Source: Alphaproteobacteria bacterium (lineage in GTDB: Bacteria > Pseudomonadota > Alphaproteobacteria > UBA828). Taken from it: a stretch of DNA of 64,000 nucleotides. The notes under the pieces are model-generated. The model was not told the DNA's origin and did not search any database. It saw only the letters and a program-made list of their open reading frames with translations. Shown one piece after another: positions 54,392 to 62,418 of the stretch. The stretch lies in assembly GCA_965214705.1 (NCBI GenBank), contig OZ243972.1:3296001-3360000 (forward strand). The letters run 5' to 3'. How positions within the stretch are numbered: position 1 is the first letter of the stretch; each line of letters opens with the position of its first letter. Made by a program: the position numbers and the translations under genes.

Positions 54392-56463
54392 GCTTCAACG
54401 TCTGTATCGACATCGGCGGCACATTCACCGACTGCGTCGTCTCCGCGCCGGACGGCGAGGCGCACATTTTCAAGGCGCCCTCGACGCCGGATGCCTTCGA
54501 GCAGGGATTCATGACGTCACTGGCGCTCGCCGCCGAGCACTACGGGCTCGGCCTGGAGGCCTTTCTCGAGCAGGTCGACGGCATCGTTCACGGCACGACC
54601 GTCTCCACTAACGCGCTCATCGTCGCCAAGGTGGGCCGAGCAGGCATCATCGTGAACGAAGGCCACCCGCACGTTCTCCTGCTGCGCGAGGGGCCGCGCA
54701 AGCGCTCGTTCGACTGGTCGACCGATTTCCCCGAACCCTTCGTGCCGACGTTTCTGACGCGTGAGGTCGGTGGGCGCATGGATGCACGCGGGCGCGAGAT
54801 CGTTCCGCTCGTGGAGGACGACGTCTCTGCTGCGGTCGCGCATTTCCGGAAGGTCGGTGCGGAGGCGATCGCCGTCTCCCTCCTCTGGTCGATGGTCAAC
54901 GGCGACCACGAGCGGCGCATTCGCGAGATCATCCATGCTGAGTGGCCCGAGGTCTCAGTCACACTCGGCCACGAGCTCAACCCAATCCAGCGCGAGTATC
55001 GGCGCGCGATCTCGACGGCGATCAACGCGTCGCTCCATCCGGTCGTGAGCGCCTACGTGGCCGCGCTGAGCAGCGCCTTGCGGCGTGCAGGTTACGCCCG
55101 TGAACTCCTCATCGCCAACTGTATCGGCGGGATGATGCCGCCGGAGGAGATCATCGACAAACCGATCTTCTCGGTGATGTCCGGGCCGACGCTGGCGCCC
55201 ATCGCCGCCCAGCGACTGACCAACGAGGCGGACGTGATCGTCGTCGATATGGGTGGCACCACCTTCGATGTCTCAGCGGTGCGCGGCGGCCAGCTCGTCG
55301 TCACGCCGGAATCCACCATCGGCGCCGACTTGCTCGGTATCCCAAAGGTCGACGTGCGCTCGATCGGCGCCGGAGGCGGCAGCATCGCCTGGGTCGATGC
55401 CGGTGGGCTTCTGCATGTGGGGCCGCAGAGCGCCGGAGCGAAGCCCGGCCCCGCGTGCTATGGCCAGGGTGGTGCCGAGCCCACCGTGACCGACGCCAAC
55501 GTGGTGCTGGGCCTGGTCAATCCCGACAACTTCCTGGGCGGGCGCATGCCGCTCGATCGGGCGGGGGCAGAGGGCGCGGTCTCGGCCATCGCCCAGGCGC
55601 TGGGGATCGATGCGATTGAGGCGGCCTACGCGATCCATACCTCCTGCACCCACAACATGGTCGGTGCGATCGAGAACATCACAGTCAACGAGGGTATTGA
55701 CCCGCGCGAGAGCTACCTCGTCTGCGGCGGCGGCGCGACACCGAGCCATATCGCGGAGATTGCCGCCGTGCTCGGAATTCGTCGCTTTCTCGTGCCAAGG
55801 CTCGCGGCGGGCCTGAGCGCCTTCGGCGGGCTGGTCTCCGATATTCGCTTCGACGAGCTCGCGACACACCAGACCGACGCGCGCGCCTTCGATTTCGCGG
55901 GCGTCAATGCGGTCCTGGCAGAACTTCGTGCGCGCGGCCAAGCCTTCCTGGATCGCGCTGGCGTGCCGGTGGAGCAACGCCGTCTCGACTATGCCTTCAT
56001 GGGGCGCTACCGCTATCAGTCATGGGATATCGAGGTGCCCATCGCACTCGATGGCGAGGCCATCCGCGAAGAGGACCTGCCCTCGCTTCTGCAGGCCTTC
56101 CACGACATGCACGAGCGGATTTATTCGATCAAGGACGAGCGCGACACCGTCGAGTTCATCACCTGGAAAGTCTCGGCGACCGGCCTCAACACCATTGGCT
56201 CAGACTCGGCTGGGCGGCCCGTGGCCGGCACAGCGGCCGGGGTGGAGGCGACGGAGACGCGGCGGGTCTACGTCCACGAGGCGGGCGGGATCGTCGATCT
56301 GCCGATCTACGACGGACCCGCGCTGCCCGTGGGCGCCAGCCTGTCTGGCCCCTGTATCGTTGAGGAGGAGACCACCAGCCTTTTCCTATTGCCCGGGATG
56401 ACGGCGACGACGACGCCTGCGGACGCATACGCGGTAATGACCGGTGAGGCATCGGTTGGCTGA
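54388..56463 (+). CDS. Hydantoinase/oxoprolinase subunit A #3
   Basis: DIGGTFTD, HGTT, DMGGTT, GAGGGSIA, GPQSAGA.PGPACY. Confidence 0.92.
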   Translation: MSFNVCIDIGGTFTDCVVSAPDGEAHIFKAPSTPDAFEQGFMTSLALAAEHYGLGLEAFLEQVDGIVHGTTVSTNALIVAKVGRAGIIVNEGHPHVLLLREGPRKRSFDWSTDFPEPFVPTFLTREVGGRMDARGREIVPLVEDDVSAAVAHFRKVGAEAIAVSLLWSMVNGDHERRIREIIHAEWPEVSVTLGHELNPIQREYRRAISTAINASLHPVVSAYVAALSSALRRAGYARELLIANCIGGMMPPEEIIDKPIFSVMSGPTLAPIAAQRLTNEADVIVVDMGGTTFDVSAVRGGQLVVTPESTIGADLLGIPKVDVRSIGAGGGSIAWVDAGGLLHVGPQSAGAKPGPACYGQGGAEPTVTDANVVLGLVNPDNFLGGRMPLDRAGAEGAVSAIAQALGIDAIEAAYAIHTSCTHNMVGAIENITVNEGIDPRESYLVCGGGATPSHIAEIAAVLGIRRFLVPRLAAGLSAFGGLVSDIRFDELATHQTDARAFDFAGVNAVLAELRARGQAFLDRAGVPVEQRRLDYAFMGRYRYQSWDIEVPIALDGEAIREEDLPSLLQAFHDMHERIYSIKDERDTVEFITWKVSATGLNTIGSDSAGRPVAGTAAGVEATETRRVYVHEAGGIVDLPIYDGPALPVGASLSGPCIVEEETTSLFLLPGMTATTTPADAYAVMTGEASVG

Positions 56464-57472
56464 ATCCACGACAGGCAACGCAGACCGGGAACCGGCGCAA
56501 GGAGAGCCACCAACCTCCCAAGCCGTGGAGCAGCGGGCAACACGCACGTGGCTTGGCTGCGACTTGACGCCGGCCGACTGGCGCGTGCCGATCCCTCCCG
56601 CGGTGGTAGAAGAACTCGGAGCCGCGATGGAGCAACCCGACTCCGTGCGCGTGGCGGCCGAGCGCCTGACGCCGGACATGTTCTCGGTAGATGAATGCCG
56701 CGCGCTCATGCTCCGCGTGCGAGAGACTGTCGATACCGGCATCGGCTTCGCGGTGCTCGACAGCCTTCCGCTCGAGAGCTGGACGCTCGAGCAGGCGTCG
56801 CGCGCGTTCTGGCTGCTCGGCTCGCTCGCCGGGAGGCCAGTGGAACAGAGCACCGACGGCCGCAAGCTCTACGAGGTGCGCGACACGGGGCGGCCGCCCG
56901 GAGGCCGCGTGCGCCGCGACAGCACCCGTGTCGCCGTCCCCTTCCATACGGACAACAACTACAACGCGGCGCCGCCCGAGGTCTTCGCGCTGCTTTCGGT
57001 GCGGCCGGGCGTGAGCGGTGGCGAGAGCGCCGTCCTGAGCTTCTACGCGGTGCACGAAGCGCTAGAGCAGCGCGACCCGACGGCGTTGGCTCGCCTCCAC
57101 GAGCCGTATTGCTTCGACCGGCAACAGGAGCATGGGCCGGACGAGTCGCCCTTCTTTACCGCTCCGGTGTTTGCCTGGCACGGCACGCTCCGCGTGCGCT
57201 ACTCGGACGCCCTGATCCCGCGCGGCTATGCGCTGGCGGGCAAGGCGCTCGATGACGCCGGCCAAAGAGCGCTCGACTCCCTCGCCGAGGTTCTTGCCGA
57301 GCCCGCGCTTGCCGTCCATTTCGACCTCACGCCGGGGCAGATCCTTATCCTCAACAACGCGTTCATCGGCCATGCGCGCACGGCCTTCACCGATCATGAC
57401 GATCCGGCCAAGCGACGCCTGATGCTGCGGCTCTGGCTGCGAGACGAGGGCAGCCCTCTCTACGCCGGCTAG
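56456..57472 (+). CDS. TauD/TfdA-family Fe(II)/2-oxoglutarate dioxygenase
   Basis: FHTD, GGES, NN...GHARTAF, RLMLRLW; start codon uncertain. Confidence 0.85.
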   Translation: MAESTTGNADREPAQGEPPTSQAVEQRATRTWLGCDLTPADWRVPIPPAVVEELGAAMEQPDSVRVAAERLTPDMFSVDECRALMLRVRETVDTGIGFAVLDSLPLESWTLEQASRAFWLLGSLAGRPVEQSTDGRKLYEVRDTGRPPGGRVRRDSTRVAVPFHTDNNYNAAPPEVFALLSVRPGVSGGESAVLSFYAVHEALEQRDPTALARLHEPYCFDRQQEHGPDESPFFTAPVFAWHGTLRVRYSDALIPRGYALAGKALDDAGQRALDSLAEVLAEPALAVHFDLTPGQILILNNAFIGHARTAFTDHDDPAKRRLMLRLWLRDEGSPLYAG

Positions 57473-57484
57473 CCGCTGTCGACG

Positions 57485-58306
57485 ATGGAAAGCCGTCCGC
57501 GGGGACCGGACACCATGCAACGAAGCGACCAGGATCGCGGCCTCAATCTCTCGCGCTCCGTCGCCAAGGCGCTCGCGGTCCTCGAGTTCGTCGGGCTGAA
57601 CGGCGAGTCCGGCCTCGCGCAGATCGCGGCCGCGACGAAGCTGCCCAAGTCGACGCTGCACCGGCTGATCAACACGCTCGTCGAGGAAGGGTTCCTGCGG
57701 AGGACCGCCTACGGGCAGTACCGCGTCACCGTGAAGCTTTGGCGCATCGGGGCGAGCGCCGTCGACTACGAGTCGGTGCGGGAGTCCGCGCGTGACGTGC
57801 TCGAAGGGCTGGTGCACGCCACCTCGGAGACCGCGCACTATGCCGTCTACGAAGGCGGCTGGGCGGTCTATGTCGAGAAGATCGACGGCGTGCACCCGAT
57901 CCGCGCCTACACGACCGTCGGCGGGCGTTCGCCCGCCTATGCCAGTGCCACCGGGAAGGCGCTTCTGGCTTGGCGCGGGCCGGCAGAGATCGCTGATGTC
58001 GGCGAGAGCGCCGAGCGCTTCACGTCGACGACCCACGTCGGCGCGGAACCACTGCTCGCGCAAGCGGAAGCCATTCGTCGGACGGGCATCGCAATCAATC
58101 GAGGCGAGTGGCGGGCCGACGTCTGGGGCGTGGGCGCCCCAGTCTTCGGCCCGGCGGGCGATGTCGTGGCGGCCATCGGCGTCTCCGGCCCGGCGGCACG
58201 CGTCGAGACCAACCTGGAGCGTTATGTGGCGGCGGTGCGCGAGGCGGCGCAGCGGTTGTCGTCGCTCGACAGCCCTGCCGGGCATATGGCGGAGCGGCGC
58301 GGGTGA
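57485..58306 (+). CDS. IclR-family transcriptional regulator
   Basis: LPKSTLHRLINTL HTH, ASATGKALLA, VAAIGVSGP. Confidence 0.93.
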   Translation: MESRPRGPDTMQRSDQDRGLNLSRSVAKALAVLEFVGLNGESGLAQIAAATKLPKSTLHRLINTLVEEGFLRRTAYGQYRVTVKLWRIGASAVDYESVRESARDVLEGLVHATSETAHYAVYEGGWAVYVEKIDGVHPIRAYTTVGGRSPAYASATGKALLAWRGPAEIADVGESAERFTSTTHVGAEPLLAQAEAIRRTGIAINRGEWRADVWGVGAPVFGPAGDVVAAIGVSGPAARVETNLERYVAAVREAAQRLSSLDSPAGHMAERRG

Positions 58307-59496
58307 GCGCCCAGCCGCTCAAGGACATCCGGGTTCTCGAATTCGGCCAATTCGTCGCGGCCCCCTACGCGGCCGAGGTCCTGGCTGACCTCGGCGCCGA
58401 GGTGATCAAGGTCGAGCATCCCGATGGCGACGGCATTCGCGGCTGGGGTCCTCATCCGGGTGGCGAGAGCGCCCCCTACATGGCGTTCAATCGGGCCAAG
58501 CGGAGCGTCGCAATCAATTTTCGCAGACCTCATGGCCAGGACATCATCCATCTCCTGTACGACCGCGCGGATGTCGTGATCGAGAACTACCGGCCGGGCG
58601 TGACCGACAAGTACGGCCTCGGACCCAAGGCCGCCCGCGCGCGCAATCCCCGCCTCGTCTACTGCTCGATCTCGGGTTTCGGTCAGCGGGGCGACGGGGC
58701 GGGGCGGCCCGCCTTCGACCTCATCCTGCAAGGCATCACGGGCATGATGGACATGACCGGCGAGGCCGGCCGCGCGCCGGCCAAGGTGCCCGTGCCCATT
58801 GCCGACGGAACTGCGGCCCTGCACGCGACGACGGCGATCCTCGCCGCGCTTCACGAGCGTGAGCGGAGTGGCGAGGGGGCCACCCTCGACGTCTCACTCC
58901 AGGCCTCGACGCTTACATGGATGATGCTCGTCGCCGCCGGCTATTTCGCCGATGGGCGCACACCGGCCCGCCTGGGTTCGGCCCATCCTCTGGCAGCGCC
59001 CTATCAGGCCTTCCGCACCCTCGACGGCTACATCACGATCGCGGCCGGCAACGACCGGCAATGGCAGAAGACCAGCGATGCGCTCGGCCTGGAGGCGGAT
59101 GGGGACCCGCGCTTTGCGAGCAGCAGCGACCGGGCCCGCAATCAGGAAGAGCTCCGCCGCCTCGTCGAGGAGCGGCTCACGACCCGCCCGAGCGCAGCGT
59201 GGCTGCAGGCTCTCAACGAGGCCGGCGTGCCATGCGGTCCGATTCACGGCCTTGCCGAGGCTCTGGAGGATCCCTCCGTGGTGACGCGTGGCCTCGTTGG
59301 TGAGTTCACCCATCCCAAGGCGGGCCGCGTGCGGACCATCGGCAATCCCATCGCCTTCGAGGAGCCCAACCCGCCGCCGGTCCGCTCGCCATTACTCGGC
59401 GAGCACACGGTGGAGGTGCTGGCCGAGCTCGGCTTTGCCCAAGTTGGCACTTTTTCCGACCAGCCGAGCCTGTTCGAGCCAGTTTTGCGGCGCTGA
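58303..59496 (+). CDS. CaiB/BaiF CoA-transferase with IS-derived C-terminus
   Basis: LADLGAEVIKVE, NRAKRS, IENYRPG, LGEHT; sequence from 59438 onward is IS1634 left end. Confidence 0.88.
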   Translation: MSAQPLKDIRVLEFGQFVAAPYAAEVLADLGAEVIKVEHPDGDGIRGWGPHPGGESAPYMAFNRAKRSVAINFRRPHGQDIIHLLYDRADVVIENYRPGVTDKYGLGPKAARARNPRLVYCSISGFGQRGDGAGRPAFDLILQGITGMMDMTGEAGRAPAKVPVPIADGTAALHATTAILAALHERERSGEGATLDVSLQASTLTWMMLVAAGYFADGRTPARLGSAHPLAAPYQAFRTLDGYITIAAGNDRQWQKTSDALGLEADGDPRFASSSDRARNQEELRRLVEERLTTRPSAAWLQALNEAGVPCGPIHGLAEALEDPSVVTRGLVGEFTHPKAGRVRTIGNPIAFEEPNPPPVRSPLLGEHTVEVLAELGFAQVGTFSDQPSLFEPVLRR

Positions 59497-59696
59497 ACCA
59501 CTAGATGTTGGGGTTGGAGGACACCTGAGACCCACATTTGCCATTCGTGGTCCTGGAAGCCAATTGTGGGGCCAGGACTTTGGAGTTGAGTCGATATCCC
59601 TCTTGCCAGATGCCGCGAACGCCGTGTATGCGAAACAGGCATCGCAGAAACGGCGCCGCCATGTACATCAAGGCAACCAGGACACACACCGACAAG
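59438..59696 (+). mobile_element. Truncated copy (left 259 bp) of IS1634 #1
   Basis: Matches the reverse complement of 13486-13744, including IRL and the first 12 transposase codons. Confidence 0.92.
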
Positions 59697-59817
59697 CGCA
59701 CCTTCGGTTCTAATGTACTGACATAGCGTTGCTTTTCCCTCCTGTTCTTGGCCGACAAGGGCGAATTCGATCGCCGTTTTCGCCCCGGCTGCAACAGGAA
59801 GTGCAGGAGGAGAATCC

Positions 59818-60939
59818 ATGGCAACGCTTCGTCTCCACCAAGGCCGCGTCGATGCGCTCAAGCCTCGTAAGTCTGCATACGACATCCGAGACCGGGAACT
59901 CAAGGGCTTCGGCGTCAGGGTTCTGCCCTCGGGCGCCAGGCGCTACTTCATCCATAGCCAGCACGATGGCCGACGGGTCTGGAAGATGCTCGGCAAGGGC
60001 GAGGCCATCGGCGTGGACGAGGCCCGCGAACGGGCCCAGGCCATACTGGCCTCAATACGGGCTGGAAACGACGACGAGACTGCGGCGGTGCCTGACACCC
60101 CGTTCGAGACAGTCGCCGACGAAGTCTTCCGCCGCTACGCCCGGAACTGGAAGCCGTCGACGCTCAAGGTCAACCAGGGCTACTACCGCAAGCAGATCCT
60201 GCCTTGGTTCGAGGGACGTCCGATCACCGGCATCACCGCCCGCGACGTTCAGCAGTGGTTCGCATCTCTCCACGAGACCCCCGTAGCTGCGGACCGCTCG
60301 GCCCCCGTCCTGTCCGTCATCATGCGCCAGGCCGAGGTCTACGGCTACCGGCCCGAGGGGACAAACCCTTGCGCGGGCATCAAGCGATACCGGCGCCAGG
60401 GGCGCGAGCGCTTCCTCTCGACGGCCGAAGTCAGCCGGCTGGGCTCGGTGCTGGCGAGCCATGAGGCGGGCCACCCGCAGGCTGTGGCGATCATTCGGCT
60501 GCTGCTGCTCACCGGATGCCGCAAGGGCGAGATCGTATCCTTGAAGTGGCGCGACTACCGCGAGGGCAAGCTGTTCCTCCCCGATAGCAAGGTCGGGCCG
60601 CGCACGGTCTGGCTCTCCTCCCCCGCGCGCGCCATCCTCGACGGCCTGCCTCGCACTGCCGTCTGGGTCTTCCCCTCGCCAAGGAACGGCCTCCTGCATG
60701 CAGCGTCGGTTGGCAGCGTCTGGCATCGTGTGAGGGAAGAAGCTGACCTGCACGATGTCCGCCTTCACGATCTCCGACATACGCATGCCAGCATCGCGCT
60801 GGCGCAGGGCGAGACGGTGCTGACCATCGGCCGGCTTCTCGGACACCGCAATCCGGCGACGACGCTGAAGTACATCCACCTGTCCGACGCCATGGTGCGC
60901 GAGGCGGTGGACGTTGTCGGCGCAGCCCTCGAGGGTTGA
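59818..60939 (+). CDS. Arm-domain tyrosine integrase A
   Basis: DRELKGFGVRV, TGCRKGE, SKVG, HDLRH, LGH...LKY; RBS AGGAGG. Confidence 0.93.
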   Translation: MATLRLHQGRVDALKPRKSAYDIRDRELKGFGVRVLPSGARRYFIHSQHDGRRVWKMLGKGEAIGVDEARERAQAILASIRAGNDDETAAVPDTPFETVADEVFRRYARNWKPSTLKVNQGYYRKQILPWFEGRPITGITARDVQQWFASLHETPVAADRSAPVLSVIMRQAEVYGYRPEGTNPCAGIKRYRRQGRERFLSTAEVSRLGSVLASHEAGHPQAVAIIRLLLLTGCRKGEIVSLKWRDYREGKLFLPDSKVGPRTVWLSSPARAILDGLPRTAVWVFPSPRNGLLHAASVGSVWHRVREEADLHDVRLHDLRHTHASIALAQGETVLTIGRLLGHRNPATTLKYIHLSDAMVREAVDVVGAALEG

Positions 60940-60942
60940 TCC

Positions 60943-62085
60943 GTGGCCGTGAAGAGGAGGCGTCTGACTGACGCAAGTATCGCGAAGCTGACGCCGGCGG
61001 CCCGCGAGTATACCGTTTGGGACACGCGCCATGCGGGTCTCGGCGTTCGGGTGCGGCCGTCGGGGCACCGGGGCTTCGTATACTGGCGGAAGGGCGAGGA
61101 CAGTGCGCGCAGGATCACGCTCGGGCCTGCGTCGTTGATGAAGATCGAGGAGGCGCGCAGCCAGTGCGTCTCCATCGAGAGCGGCGCACGATCCGGCCAG
61201 GCGCGGCGCGACAAGGTGCCCACCTTCGAGGAATTTGTCGCGGGTCCGGGGCGGACGTGTTTCGAGCGGGGCAAGCCGTCGACGCGGAAAGTCTTTGCCA
61301 GGATCGTCTCCGTGCGACTGCTGCCCGCCTTCGGCTCGTTGCCGCTGGACCGGATCACCCGCGCCGATGTGACCCGCTGGTTCGACGAATGCAGCCGGAC
61401 CACGCCGGGCGCGGCCAACAAGGCGTTGAACCTGCTCAGCCGGGTTCTCAATCATGCGATCGTCTGCGGCCATATCCAGGCGAACCCCGCGCGTGGCATC
61501 AAGCGGAACCCCGGTGCCAAGCTCACCCGCTTCTTGTCGCGCGAGGAAGTCCGCCGACTTCATCACGCCCTGGATCGCCACGATCACGCGCGGCCGTCGC
61601 GCGCGCGACAGGCGGACGTCATCCGTCTTCTCTTGCTCACCGGCTGCCGGAAGAGCGAAATCCTGACTCTGCGCTGGCAGGACGTGGACGGGGACACGCT
61701 CAATCTGATCGATGCGAAGACCGGGCCGCGGCGGGTTTTTCTGAACGTGCAGGCTCGTGCCATTCTGGAGCGCCAGTCGCGCTCGGAGAGCGCCTACGTC
61801 TTCCCTGCGCCGTCGAACCCCGGTCGTCCTCTTTCGCATCACCTACCGCTCTGGCATTCTGTGCGAAGGGAAGCCGGGATCGAGGATGTGCGGATTCACG
61901 ACCTCAGACACACGTTCGCCAGCCATGCAGTCCTGCGAGGCATCCCGCTGCCGGTCGTCTCCCGCCTGCTTGGCCACAAGAGACCAAGCATGACACTGCG
62001 TTATGCCCACGTGGGTGATCGGGAAACCGAGGCAGCGGCCGAACGCATCGGTGCGGCCATCGCGCGGGCGTTGAGTGATCGGTAA
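60943..62085 (+). CDS. Arm-domain tyrosine integrase B
   Basis: WDTRHAGLGVRV, TGCRKSE, AKTG, HDLRH, LGH...LRY; 3 bp after the integrase A stop. Confidence 0.93.
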   Translation: MAVKRRRLTDASIAKLTPAAREYTVWDTRHAGLGVRVRPSGHRGFVYWRKGEDSARRITLGPASLMKIEEARSQCVSIESGARSGQARRDKVPTFEEFVAGPGRTCFERGKPSTRKVFARIVSVRLLPAFGSLPLDRITRADVTRWFDECSRTTPGAANKALNLLSRVLNHAIVCGHIQANPARGIKRNPGAKLTRFLSREEVRRLHHALDRHDHARPSRARQADVIRLLLLTGCRKSEILTLRWQDVDGDTLNLIDAKTGPRRVFLNVQARAILERQSRSESAYVFPAPSNPGRPLSHHLPLWHSVRREAGIEDVRIHDLRHTFASHAVLRGIPLPVVSRLLGHKRPSMTLRYAHVGDRETEAAAERIGAAIARALSDR

Positions 62086-62199
62086 GCGGTACGCGGACAC
62101 CATACCGGAATCTGGGTTGACTACGACGGGGACTTGTTGAGGCCAGCGCCGCAACGGTTAAGTTTGCGCCGATTTCCGGGCATTTTCACGGAAACAAGA

Positions 62200-62411
62200 G
62201 GCTCATTTCGTGAAACGTAGGCATCCCAGACTGTCGCCAGCAGCGGGGTACGCTTGTTTCGCGCCGGCAGGGGTTGAACCAACAGCTTTTTCGGGGCTTT
62301 ATGAGGCTTCCCATGCGTCGATCCAGGCAACCGCAGAGAAAGGCACCCATAAGCTAACCGCCCGTTATTACTGGATTTTTCCGTTCATGCCTACATTTCA
62401 CGAAATGAGCC
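62200..62411. mobile_element. 212-bp MITE, family unassigned
   Basis: 25-bp IRs GGCTCATTTCGTGAAACGTAGGCAT / ATGCCTACATTTCACGAAATGAGCC (1 mismatch); flanks AAACAAGA / AAACAAAA. Confidence 0.78.
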
Positions 62412-62418
62412 AAACAAA

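Noticed and set aside
59689-59759. 8-bp direct repeat CCGACAAG near the IS truncation as a TSD
   Set aside because: It encloses only 55 bp without IRs and the IS does not resume after it; likely chance
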